Origin: an uncultured Conexibacteraceae bacterium
Lineage (GTDB): Bacteria; Actinomycetota; Thermoleophilia; Solirubrobacterales; Solirubrobacteraceae
Direction: 5' to 3'
Length of the DNA stretch: 64,000 nucleotides
Assembly: GCA_963731005.1 (NCBI GenBank)
Contig: CAVSTZ010000001.1
Span: 1,585,776 to 1,649,775 of the forward strand
The translations under genes and the position numbers were made by a program. Positions 20,920 through 30,110 of this stretch are shown piece after piece. The notes beneath the pieces are model-generated. The model was not told the origin of the DNA. It searched no databases and saw only the letters and a list, made by a program, of their open reading frames with translations. How positions within the stretch are numbered: position 1 is the first letter of the stretch; each line of letters starts with the position of its first letter.

Positions 20920-22254
20920 CTAGGTGCGCCGCACGAGCTTGCCGCTGCCGTCGCGGACCGTCAGCTTGAGCCCGATCTGGCTGGTGATCGGCCCCGGCCG
21001 GAAGGCGCGGTAGGCCAGCACGATCCGGCGCGTGTCGAGGTTGAGCGGCAGGATCAGCGTCAGCCGACCGTCGGGGCGCGTCTTCAGGCCGGTCTTGCCG
21101 AGCTTGCGCAGCTTGCCGCCGACCTCGTGGTAGACGTCCAGGCGCGCGCCGCCGACGGGCTTCTTGGCCTTCGTGCGCAGGATCCCGCGCACCACGACGC
21201 GACGGCCGTAGCGGTTGGTGATCGCGCGCTTGCGGTTGGCCACGAACCACGCGTCGAGCCTGGCGTGCTTGCCGCTCGCCGGCGTCGTGCTCGCGCCGCC
21301 CACGCCGGTGCCTGTGCCGGCGCCCGTCTTGCCGTCGCCGCCGGCCACGTCGCCGTTGCGGTGCGGCAGCACGACCGGGCCGTAGACCGTCGTGCTGTTG
21401 CCGGCCGCATCCTCGACGGCGACCTCGACCGCGTGCTCGGCGAGCGGCAGCTTGAGGACGTTGAAGTCGACCGCGCGCGTCGCGGTGGCCGGGCACGGCG
21501 CCGGGGTGCCGAACTCGTAGTCGTCGCCGTCTGCGGGATCGACGTCGGCGCACGGGCCGCCAACCGGATCGGAGACCGCGACCTTGCCGTCGACGCGCAC
21601 GACCGTGCGGTAGACGCCGCCGCCGACGTCGCTCGCCGCGTAGGTGAGCCGCAGCCGGCCGGTCTTCTCGCCGTTGTCGGTGATCGCCTTGGCCGTCACG
21701 GTCGGCGGCGCCGGGTCGCGCAGGACGACCTGCGGGTTGGTGATCGTCGCCTGCGGCACGGCGCCGTTGACCGCGGCGCAGACGTTCGGGTCGTCGGCGC
21801 CGCAGCCGAAGGAGAACAGGACGGCGGCGGCGTCGAGGCCGACGGCGTCCAGCGGGCTGTTGAGCTCGCCGGTGCAGGTGTCGGTCGGGCCGGGGGCGCA
21901 GGCCTCGATCGTCTTGCCGTCGGCGCTCAAGGTGTAGGAGAACGAGCGGACCGAGCCGACCGGCATCCCCTGCGTGACGCGACCGACCGTGACGCGCGCG
22001 ATCCGCGTGCCGGCCGGTGCGGTGAAGCGATGGAAGGCGAACGTGCCGCCGTCCCACGGCCCGGGGCCGATGAGCTGCGCGGTGAGCCCGCCGCCCGTCG
22101 CGCACGCGTCGGTTGCCGCGGCGCCCTGGTCGGCGTGGGCCTCCCAGCCCGCCGCACAACCGCGCACGGTGTAGGTGTCGGCGCTCGTGGCGCCCGTCGC
22201 GCCGAGCGCGATGGCCGCCGCCAACGCGACTGCCGTCCCTGCCTGCTTGATCAT
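20920..22254 (-). CDS. Secreted Cys-rich beta-domain protein with a basic C-terminal domain
   Basis: Intact ORF; signal peptide MIKQAGTAVALAAAIALGATGATSA, several Cys, Gly/Thr linker, Arg/Lys-rich C-terminus. Confidence 0.8.
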   Translation of the reverse strand: MIKQAGTAVALAAAIALGATGATSADTYTVRGCAAGWEAHADQGAAATDACATGGGLTAQLIGPGPWDGGTFAFHRFTAPAGTRIARVTVGRVTQGMPVGSVRSFSYTLSADGKTIEACAPGPTDTCTGELNSPLDAVGLDAAAVLFSFGCGADDPNVCAAVNGAVPQATITNPQVVLRDPAPPTVTAKAITDNGEKTGRLRLTYAASDVGGGVYRTVVRVDGKVAVSDPVGGPCADVDPADGDDYEFGTPAPCPATATRAVDFNVLKLPLAEHAVEVAVEDAAGNSTTVYGPVVLPHRNGDVAGGDGKTGAGTGTGVGGASTTPASGKHARLDAWFVANRKRAITNRYGRRVVVRGILRTKAKKPVGGARLDVYHEVGGKLRKLGKTGLKTRPDGRLTLILPLNLDTRRIVLAYRAFRPGPITSQIGLKLTVRDGSGKLVRRT

Positions 22255-22375
22255 GGTCCTCCGGAAAAGGGGGTCATAGCGCACCGGAAACGCCGCATCG
22301 CCGGCGTTCTGCAGCGCCTGTGTTTCGCGCTCGGAGCGAGAACTCCTGCGAACAAGAGTTCGTCGATTCCCTCAC

Positions 22376-22386
22376 GTTGTTATGCT
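22376..22386 (+). promoter_or_regulatory. Putative extended -10 promoter (TGt-TATGCT) for the riboswitch-rlpA transcript
   Basis: TGTTATGCT lies immediately upstream of the riboswitch 5' end. Confidence 0.5.
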
Positions 22387-22391
22387 CCCGC

Positions 22392-22546
22392 GCCGTCAGC
22401 CGAGTTCGCACGCCACCTCGGGCGTGTGGAGCGGGGGAACCACCTGTGGAGCGCGGCGTTTCGCGATCCACCGGGGCGAATCGGGCCTCCTGGCCTGTAG
22501 CGCCGTCATCCGGCGCGAGCCCGTCAGCTCACCCCGTAGGCCGTTG
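22392..22546 (+). promoter_or_regulatory. Cyclic di-AMP riboswitch (ydaO/yuaA family)
   Basis: Family motifs in order: GCCGAGTTC, GAGCGGGGGAACCA, GGGGCGAATC, TAG, GAGCCCGTCAGCTCACCCCGTAGGC. It lies upstream of a cell-wall hydrolase, the typical actinobacterial context. Confidence 0.88.
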
Positions 22547-22564
22547 GATGAGGACCTACAGACG

Positions 22565-23350
22565 TTGTCGACGACGAACCTTCTGAAGCTGGGCGCCGCC
22601 CTGTGTGGCCTCGCATTCGCTGCTCCCGCCATGGCGGTCGCGGCCGATGCCTCGACCGCGGATCCGTCCGCGCCGGTCGCGGCGTCCCCTGGCGGGCTGA
22701 GCTACGACGACCCATCGGCGCCGACGGTCTTCGCCGACGGCTCCACGCTCACCGCCCCGCTCGGCCAGTTGGTCGGCGCGACGGTCACGCTGCATGGCGT
22801 CGTGGCCGGCTCGCATCCCGGCGACGCGGTGGCCGTCCAGCGGCTCGACCCGCTCGCCGGCTGGATGACCGCCACCACGGCGACGGTTGCCGGCGACGGC
22901 AGCTATGACGCGGTCTGGCAGGTCGACACGACTGGCAAGACGACCGTGCGCGCGATCCTCGCCACGCAGGCGATGAGCGCCACGCGCACGGCGAGCGCCG
23001 CGGGCCCGACCCCGGTCCAGGGCCGCGCGATCACGCTCTATCGACGCGCCAAGGTCACCTGGTACGGCCCGGGCTTCTACGGGCACCGCACCGCCTGCGG
23101 GAAGCGGATGAGCCACGCGCTGCTCGGCGTGGCCCACAAGACGCTGCCCTGCGGGACGCTGGTCGACCTCTACAACAACGGTCGCACGGTGACCGTGCCG
23201 GTCGTCGACCGCGGGCCGTTCCGGCCGGGCACGAGCTACGACCTGACCGCCGCGACCGCCCGCGCCATCGGCGTGACGACGACGGCGACGATCGGGGCGG
23301 TGCGTTCGGTACCGGCGCCGGTTGTCGCGGCGTCTGCTGCAGCGCGGTAG
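22565..23350 (+). CDS. rlpA: RlpA-like lytic transglycosylase (DPBB domain), secreted
   Basis: RBS GAGGA, TTG start, signal peptide; TWYGPGFYGHRTACG, VAHKTLPCGT, VPVVDRGPF, DLT. Confidence 0.88.
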   Translation: MSTTNLLKLGAALCGLAFAAPAMAVAADASTADPSAPVAASPGGLSYDDPSAPTVFADGSTLTAPLGQLVGATVTLHGVVAGSHPGDAVAVQRLDPLAGWMTATTATVAGDGSYDAVWQVDTTGKTTVRAILATQAMSATRTASAAGPTPVQGRAITLYRRAKVTWYGPGFYGHRTACGKRMSHALLGVAHKTLPCGTLVDLYNNGRTVTVPVVDRGPFRPGTSYDLTAATARAIGVTTTATIGAVRSVPAPVVAASAAAR

Positions 23351-23390
23351 GGCGCTTCGTCGCGCCGCGGTACCGGCCCGCCGAACGGAC

Positions 23391-24725
23391 CTACGCCAGC
23401 GCCACGCCGGCGGCGCGCGCGGCGAACATGCCCTCGTCGGCCCGCCCGGCCAACGTCTCCAGCGACTCCCCATCCACCGGGCAGGTGGCCACGCCGATCG
23501 AGACCGACAGCGGCGCGCTGCCCAACTGGGCGCGGGCGATCGCCGCGGCGACACGGGTGCCGAGATCGCGGGCGGCGGACGGATCGCGGTCGGGGCTCGT
23601 CAGCCACCAGCGGCCGAGGCGCTCGCGCACGACGAGGTCGGCCGGGGCCAACTCGGCCGTCAGCCCGCGCTCGGCGGTCTCCAGCGCGATGGCGACCTCA
23701 CGGCCGCTCTGGGAGGCGAGCAGGCGATCGAGGTCGTCGACCTCGACGACGAAGACGGCGAACGACCGCCCGTCCACGACGCGGCGTTCGAGGCGGCGGG
23801 AGATCGCGGCCAGCCACGGCGGATCGGCATCGGCGACGTCCTCCCAGCTCGTGTCGACCCGACGCAGGCGGGTGACGGTCGGCGCGTCGGCGGCCGGCGC
23901 GTACATCGCCTCGTGCGAAGGAGCGCCGGCGACGCCCGTCGGCGGGGCGGCGGCCAACTCCTCGGCCAGCGACGTCAGCGGATCGAGATCGGCGGGCGGC
24001 GCCGGAAGGTCGACGATCTGCACGCCGGCGGGCGGCGGCGCAGGCGGCGCGTCGGGATGAGCGGCGGCCTGCGGCGGCTCGGCGGCCGCGGCCGCGCGCT
24101 CGGCGGCCTCACGCAGCGGATCGACGGTCGGCCCGCCGTCGCGCGACGGCGGGGCCGGCGCGAAGGCGCGGATGCCCTCGTGGCGTGGCGCGCCGGGCTC
24201 GGCGCGCGGCGGCTCGGCGACCGGCGCCGAGGACAGCGCCTCGGCCAGTGGGCCGCTGCGGCCCGGCGCGTCGGCCATCGGCGCGCTCAGCGAGGCCTCG
24301 GTGACCCGCGCGCAGACGTAGGCGAGACGGTCGGCGAGATCGGCGACCAGCTCGGGCAGCGGATCGCGCAGCTCGGCCCGCAGCGCGCGCCAGGTGGCGG
24401 CCCGCAGCGCCTCGACGCCCGCGGCCAGGCCGGCGGCGGTCCGCGCGCCGGTCAGTCGGCCGGCAGCGGCGCCCAGCGGGGCGCGACCGTCAGCACCGGA
24501 GACGAGGCGCTCCAGCTCCGCGTCAGAGCCCAGCGCGACCAGGATGCCCGAGCACAAGGCGGGACCGCCACGCGCCAACTCGGCCGCGGGCACGGCACCG
24601 GCCTGCGCGAGCGGGGCATCGGCCACGAGGGCGAGCAGCCACGCCTTCGCGACCGCTGTCGCATCGACGCCAGGGGCATCTGCGACCGGTCGCGGGCGAC
24701 GACCGTGGTGTCCGGCTCCATCCAT
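23391..24725 (-). CDS. Degenerate GGDEF-domain protein with a helical N-terminus and Pro/Ala linker
   Basis: FAVFVVEVDDLD..., the GGDEF position reads RERLGRWWL, and LSVSIGVATCP.DG..LAGRADEGMFAAR. Confidence 0.78.
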   Translation of the reverse strand: MDGAGHHGRRPRPVADAPGVDATAVAKAWLLALVADAPLAQAGAVPAAELARGGPALCSGILVALGSDAELERLVSGADGRAPLGAAAGRLTGARTAAGLAAGVEALRAATWRALRAELRDPLPELVADLADRLAYVCARVTEASLSAPMADAPGRSGPLAEALSSAPVAEPPRAEPGAPRHEGIRAFAPAPPSRDGGPTVDPLREAAERAAAAAEPPQAAAHPDAPPAPPPAGVQIVDLPAPPADLDPLTSLAEELAAAPPTGVAGAPSHEAMYAPAADAPTVTRLRRVDTSWEDVADADPPWLAAISRRLERRVVDGRSFAVFVVEVDDLDRLLASQSGREVAIALETAERGLTAELAPADLVVRERLGRWWLTSPDRDPSAARDLGTRVAAAIARAQLGSAPLSVSIGVATCPVDGESLETLAGRADEGMFAARAAGVALA

Positions 24726-24809
24726 GGAGCGGGCATCTTTGCACCCGCACCCGACGTTTTGAGTCGCCTCAGGGGCAAGACTGAACGGTCGACGGGGCAC
24801 AATGGCGCC

Positions 24810-25991
24810 GTGCCCCCGCTCCCGTCGATCGACGAGGCCCGCGCGATCCTGCTCGCCGCCGTCCGCCCGCTCACGCCGACCAACGTCAACGTGCCCGACG
24901 CGCTCGGCCTGGTGCTCGCCGAGGACGTCGTCGCCGCGCACGACGTGCCCGCGTTCGCCAACAGCGCGATGGACGGCTTCGCGGTGCGCGCCGGGCAGGC
25001 CAACCAGCGGCTGCGGATCGCCGGGGAGTCGCGCGCGGGCGAGCCATATGGCGGCACGATCATCGACGGCGAGGCGATCCGGATCTCGACCGGGGCCGCG
25101 CTGCCGGCCGGTGCCGACGGCGTCCTGCCGATCGAGCTCGTCGCGGTAGACGGCGACGCGGTCGTCCTCGGCGAGGCCGTCGCCCCCGGGCGCAACGTGC
25201 GAGAGCCCGGGGACGATCTGCGGGCCGGCTCGATCGTGCTGCGCGCCGGCACGCGGATCGGTCCGGCGCAGCTCGGCATCGCGATCGGCGCCGGCCGCAT
25301 GGCCGTGCTGGCCGCGCCGCGCCCCCGGCTGGCGGTCGTGACGACGGGCGACGAGCTGGTCGAGCCGGGCGCCCAACTGCGGCCCGGGCAGATCCACGAC
25401 TCCAACGGCCCGACGCTCGCCGCGCTGGCCGCGCGCGCCGGCGCCGAGGTCATCGGCCGCGGCCACGCGATCGACGACCCGGAGGCGACCCGCGCCGTGC
25501 TCGGCGAGGCGCTCGAGGCCGCCGACGTCCTGATCCTCTCCGGCGGCGTGTCGGTCGGCCCCCACGACCACGTCAAGCCCGCGCTGGCCGAGCTCGGCGT
25601 CCGGGAGTTGCTGTGGCGCGTCGCCCTGCGTCCGGGCAAGCCGACCTGGCTGGGCGAGCGCGACGGCAAGCTCGTCTTCGGCCTGCCGGGCAACCCGGTC
25701 TCGGCCTACGTCACGTTCCTGCTCTTCGCCCGGCCGGCGCTCAACGCGCTGCAGGGCGCCGATGCGACCGTGCCCCGGACCCGTGCCGCGCTGGCGGTCG
25801 ACGTGCCGCGCCATCCCGACCGCGACGAGTGCGTGCGCGTGCGTCGGCGCGCCGACGGCGCGGTCGAGCCGACGGGACCGCAGGGATCGCATGTGCTGTC
25901 GTCGCTGCTGGCCGCCGATGCGCTGGCGATCGTCCCGCGCGGCGACGGTGCGCTCCCGGCCGGCAGCGAGGTCGTCCTCGAGCCGATCTAG
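24810..25991 (+). CDS. moeA: Molybdopterin molybdotransferase MoeA
   Basis: PAFANSAMDGFAV, RISTGA.LP.GAD, TTGDELV, SGGVSVGPHD, RPGKP, GLPGNPVS. Confidence 0.95.
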   Translation: MPPLPSIDEARAILLAAVRPLTPTNVNVPDALGLVLAEDVVAAHDVPAFANSAMDGFAVRAGQANQRLRIAGESRAGEPYGGTIIDGEAIRISTGAALPAGADGVLPIELVAVDGDAVVLGEAVAPGRNVREPGDDLRAGSIVLRAGTRIGPAQLGIAIGAGRMAVLAAPRPRLAVVTTGDELVEPGAQLRPGQIHDSNGPTLAALAARAGAEVIGRGHAIDDPEATRAVLGEALEAADVLILSGGVSVGPHDHVKPALAELGVRELLWRVALRPGKPTWLGERDGKLVFGLPGNPVSAYVTFLLFARPALNALQGADATVPRTRAALAVDVPRHPDRDECVRVRRRADGAVEPTGPQGSHVLSSLLAADALAIVPRGDGALPAGSEVVLEPI

Positions 25992-25994
25992 GCG

Positions 25995-26851
25995 CTAGGC
26001 GCCGTCGGCGGCCTCGAGGTAGGCGACCATCCGGTTGGTCAGCGCCGTGAGCGCGGGCGCCGGCTCCTCCAGCGCAAGCGGCCGGTCGGTGAGCAGCTCC
26101 TGCAGCCGCTCGCCGAACGGCGCGTCGGCACGGCCCACCAGCCGGGCGGCGACCTGCGCGGCGCGACGGGTCGCCTGCGGGTCGATCGTCCAGATCGCCT
26201 CGAAGCGACGGTCGCGGTCGTCGGGACCGCCCGGCTCGGTCACGCCGGGCTGCTCCCAGGCCAGCAGGCAGGCCGCGTAGCCGGGCGCGTCGACGATGAC
26301 GGCCCACTCGTTGCCCAGCGCGTCGTCGCAGCCGATCGGGATCTCGGCCGGCGCGCCGTCGGGATGGCGCACGCCGCGGGGAAGTCGGCGAAGACGGCGG
26401 CCGCGTCGGCGTGGAGCGCGAGGCGCCGGTAGCGGCGCTCGACGCGCCGATAGAAGCGCTCCTGCTGAAACGCGCCGAAGACGATCGGGGCCGCGGCCAG
26501 CGCGAGCGCCTCGTGCTCGATCGCCGCGACAGCGCGACGAGCGTCGACTTGCGCAGGATCAGCGGCCGGGCCGCCGCGTCCTGGCCGGCGACGGCCGCGT
26601 AGATCGACGGATGGTCCGACGCGCCACCGGTGTCCTGGGCGCGCGGAGATCGCGGCCGGGACCGACAGCCCGCGGTGGCGCAGCGCGAGCACCTTGCGCA
26701 GGGCGTCGACGTCGTCCTCGGTGTAGCGGCGATAGCCCGACGGCGTGCGCTCAGGCGCCGGGAAGCCGTAGCGCTGCTCCCACATGCGGATCGTCCCGGC
26801 GGCGATGCCGGTGCGCTCCGCGACGTCCTTGATGGCCAGATCGGTGCTCAT
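25995..26851 (-). CDS. MerR family regulator with a DICT sensory domain; frameshifted
   Basis: MerR HTH IKDVAERTGIAAGTIRMWEQRYGFPAPERTPSGYRRY; DICT-like AIEHE..FGAFQQERFY, EWAVIVD...ACLLAWE, RRFEAIWT. Confidence 0.85.
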
Positions 26852-26924
26852 GTCCTTGCGCGGTCCTTGCTCGGCATCCGCAATGCAGGTTCAACGGGTT
26901 GTTGAGTGTTCCCTGCAACCACGG

Positions 26925-27911
26925 ATGAGTACGAGGGCCGAAGACGACGAGGTCATCGGCTCGGTGGTCGAGGCCCGTACCCGTCGCGTGCCCGCTCCCG
27001 CACTCCCGGTCCAGAAGAAGACGATCGTGCTCACGGGCGCCACCGGCTACGTCGGCGGCCAGCTTGCTCCCGCGCCTGCTGGACGCCGGCCATGAGGTGC
27101 GCTGCGTCGTCCGCGACCCCGATCGCGCCGACCTTCCCGACGGCGCGCGAGGTCGATCGGCGGCGACGTCCTCGACCGGCGCCGGGCTCGACGAGGCCGC
27201 GGCCGGCGCCGACGTCGCCTACTACCTCGTGCACTCGATGGGCGGCGCCGAGGGCGACGAGGACTTCGCCGCCCGCGACCGGCGCGCGGCGCGCACCTTC
27301 GGCGACGGCGATGGCGCGCGCCGGCGTCGCGCGCACCGTCTACCTCGGCGGCCTGGAGGGCGCGGGCGACGGCAGCTCCGAGCATCTGCGCAGCCGCCAC
27401 GAGGTCGCCGAGGTGCTCGCCGACGCGGTGCCGGAGCTCGTCCACGTCCGCGCCGCGATGATCGTCGGCGCCGACAGCGCGTCGTTTCAGATGCTGCGCG
27501 GACTGGTCGAGCACCTGCCGGTGATGATCACCCCCAAGTGGCTGGAGACCCGCAGCCAGCCGGTGGCGATCCAGCGACGTCGTCGCCACGCTCGCCGCGC
27601 TCGCGGTGCGCGACGACGCCCCGGCCGAGGTCCAGCTCGGCGGCGCCGACGTCCTCACCTACCGCGAGATGCTGCGGCGCTTCGCCGCCGTGGAGGGTCG
27701 CCGTCAACCGCTGCTGCTCCCGGTTCCGCTCTTCACCCCGCGGCTGTCGTCCTACTGGGTCGCGCTGGTGACACCGGTGCAGCTCGGCCTCGTCAAGCCG
27801 CTGGTCGAGGGCCTGAGCGCCGAGACCGTCGTGCGCGAGCCGCCGCCGGCCGGCCTCAACGACGCCCCGCTGGGCTTCGACGACGCGGTGCGCGCGGCCC
27901 TGGACGGGTAA
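26925..27911 (+). CDS. NAD(P)H-binding atypical SDR (YbjT-like); frameshifted
   Basis: LTGATGYVGG, AYYLVHSM, YLGGL, SEHLRSRHEV, RAAMIVG..SASF, PRLSSYWVALVT. Confidence 0.88.
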
Positions 27912-27924
27912 CTTGCGATCGACG

Positions 27925-28644
27925 ATGATCGCCCCACTGGTCGTCCTCGCCGCCGTGCTCGCGGTCGCCGCACTCGCGCTCGTGCGCCAGCTGCTCGACG
28001 GCCCCCATCGCATCGCAGGGCGTCACGGTGCGTACGCCGACCGACGACACCAAGATCGACGCCGACGGCGCGGTCCGCTCGATCCAGGGCGCCGACATCG
28101 TCCTCTCCGACGAGCTGCTTCGGCGAGCTGTGGTCGACCGAGACGCTCGAGCGCCTCGCGCGCACCTACTGGTCGTTTCTCAGCCACGCGACGCTCGGCA
28201 TCATCCGCGTGTACTACACCGACGAGCGAGCGCTACGTCTGCCTGCTCTTCAAGCCGTTCAAGCTGCTGACCTTCCAGGCGCCCGAGTACGAGACCGAGG
28301 CCGATCGCGGCATCGTGCGCTGGCGGATCGACAAGGGCGTGCTCGTCGCCGCCACGGGCCGCGGCGGCGACGGCTACCTGGAGATCGACGTGCGGCGGCT
28401 GGACTGCGACGTCGCGGGCCAGGAGCGGATCCACGTCGAGGTCGAGGTCGCCAACTTCTACCCGGCGATCGCCTCACGCCTCGGGCGGTTCTTGTACTCC
28501 AACACGCAGTCGCGGATCCACGTGATCGTCACGCACGGCTTCCTGCGCCGGCTGGCGCGGCGCGACCTCGAGAAGTCGGTGACGGGCAAGTACCGCGTGC
28601 CCGCCGCGCGCGACACCCCCGCGCCCTCGCGGGAACGCTCCTGA
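27925..28644 (+). CDS. Hypothetical protein with an N-terminal TM anchor; frameshifted
   Basis: TM segment, then GAVRSIQGAD..LERLARTYW..LLTFQAPEY..VRWRIDKGVLV..VEVEVANFYP. Confidence 0.7.
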   Translation: MIAPLVVLAAVLAVAALALVRQLLDGPHRIAGRHGAYADRRHQDRRRRRGPLDPGRRHRPLRRAASASCGRPRRSSASRAPTGRFSATRRSASSACTTPTSERYVCLLFKPFKLLTFQAPEYETEADRGIVRWRIDKGVLVAATGRGGDGYLEIDVRRLDCDVAGQERIHVEVEVANFYPAIASRLGRFLYSNTQSRIHVIVTHGFLRRLARRDLEKSVTGKYRVPAARDTPAPSRERS

Positions 28645-29640
28645 TCAGCCGTAACGGCCGCTGACCAGCGCGCGCAGCTTGGTGCGGTCGTGGCGCGCGT
28701 GGATGCGGCGGACGGTGCCCGAGCGCGAGCGCATGACCAGCGACTCGGTCGTCGCGCTGCGCGCACCCTGGTAGCGGACGCCCTGGAGCATGTCGCCGTC
28801 CGTGACGCCGGTCGCGGCGAAGAAGCAGTCGTCGCCCTTGACGAGGTCGTCCTGGGTCAGCTGCTTGTCGAGGTCGTAGCCCTCGGCGATCGCGGCCTGG
28901 CGCTCGGTGTCGTCGCGCGGCCACAGCTTGCCGACCAGGCCGCCGCCCAGCGACTTGATCGCCGCGGCGGAGATGACGCCCTCGGGCGTGCCGCCGATGC
29001 CCCACAGCAGGTCGACCGGTGAGCGCTCGGAGACCGCGAGCATCGCGGCGCTGACGTCGCCGTGCTGGATCAGGCGCACGCGGGCGCCGAGCTCGCGGAC
29101 GGCGTTGAGCGTCTCGGTGTGGCGGTCGCGCTCCAGCGAGACGATCATGATGTCGCCGATCTCGACGCCGCGGCGCTCGGCGACCAACTCGATGGTCTTG
29201 GTCAGCGGGCGGTCGAGGTCGAGCAGGTCGGCGATGTCGTCGGCGCCGGCGAGCTTCTCCATGTAGACGATCGGGCCCGGGTTGAACATCGTCCCGCGCT
29301 CGGACAGCGCGATCACCGCCAGCGCGCTCGGCATGCCCTTGGCGGCCAGCGTCGTGCCCTCCAGCGGGTCGACGGCGATGTCGACCTGCGGCGGTGAGCC
29401 GTCGCCGATCTGCTCGCCGTTGTAGAGCATCGGCGCCTCGTCCTTCTCGCCCTCGCCGATGACGACGATGCCGTCCATGCTCACGGTGCCGAGCACGAGG
29501 CGCATCGCGTCGACGGCGGCCTGGTCGGCGGCGATCTTGTCGCCGAGCCCGACCATGCGGGCGGCGGCCAGCGCGGCGGCCTCGGTCGTGCGCACGAGTT
29601 CGAGCGCGAGGTTGCGGTCCGGTCCGATCGTCTGGGCCAT
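28645..29640 (-). CDS. glpX: Fructose-1,6-bisphosphatase class II
   Basis: DRNLALELVRTTEAAA, VIGEGEKDEAPML, DIAVDPLEGT, GIGGTPEGV, FAATGVTDG. Confidence 0.97.
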   Translation of the reverse strand: MAQTIGPDRNLALELVRTTEAAALAAARMVGLGDKIAADQAAVDAMRLVLGTVSMDGIVVIGEGEKDEAPMLYNGEQIGDGSPPQVDIAVDPLEGTTLAAKGMPSALAVIALSERGTMFNPGPIVYMEKLAGADDIADLLDLDRPLTKTIELVAERRGVEIGDIMIVSLERDRHTETLNAVRELGARVRLIQHGDVSAAMLAVSERSPVDLLWGIGGTPEGVISAAAIKSLGGGLVGKLWPRDDTERQAAIAEGYDLDKQLTQDDLVKGDDCFFAATGVTDGDMLQGVRYQGARSATTESLVMRSRSGTVRRIHARHDRTKLRALVSGRYG

Positions 29641-29682
29641 GGGCGGGAGCCTATGCGGCCGGCCCGCGCGGCGTCCGCTCGC

Positions 29683-30090
29683 TCAGCACACGCTCTGGAC
29701 GATCGCCACCAGCGCGCTCACGGCCCATGGTCCCTGCGCGGTGAGGCGCAGGTGCAGGCCGTCGCGCTGCCAGCAGAGCTCGTGGACGGGCCGCAGCGAC
29801 GGCTGGGCCTCGGTCAGGGGCGCCTCGCGGTGCAGGACGCCGTCGGCGACCGCGGTGGGCGCGGTCGCGTCGGTCAGCTCGTGGGCGGGCGGTGGGTCGA
29901 CGCCGGCGTAGAGGGCGACGCGTCCGGGTTGGTCGGCGCGCGAGTCGTCGAGGTTCCAGGAGATCTCCACGCCGCGAGGACCGGCCGCGCAGACCTCGAC
30001 CCAGCGCGGCAACGGCAAGACGATCTGTGGCAAGGGCATCGGACGCCCCAGGTGCGCGTCGGCCTCGGCGATGCCCTCCATCTGCTCCAT
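29683..30090 (-). CDS. Hypothetical protein
   Basis: MEQMEGIAEA..EISWNLDDSR..PGRVALYAG..EAQPSLRPVHELCW..LRLTAQGPW. Confidence 0.65.
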   Translation of the reverse strand: MEQMEGIAEADAHLGRPMPLPQIVLPLPRWVEVCAAGPRGVEISWNLDDSRADQPGRVALYAGVDPPPAHELTDATAPTAVADGVLHREAPLTEAQPSLRPVHELCWQRDGLHLRLTAQGPWAVSALVAIVQSVC

Positions 30091-30110
30091 CGCCCGCAAG
30101 CGTGACGGAC

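Noticed and set aside
23322-25991. Giant overlapping ORFs (889 aa on +, 833 aa on -)
   Set aside because: These are antisense shadows typical of high-GC DNA. The real genes are moeA (from 24810) and the degenerate GGDEF gene (from 24725).
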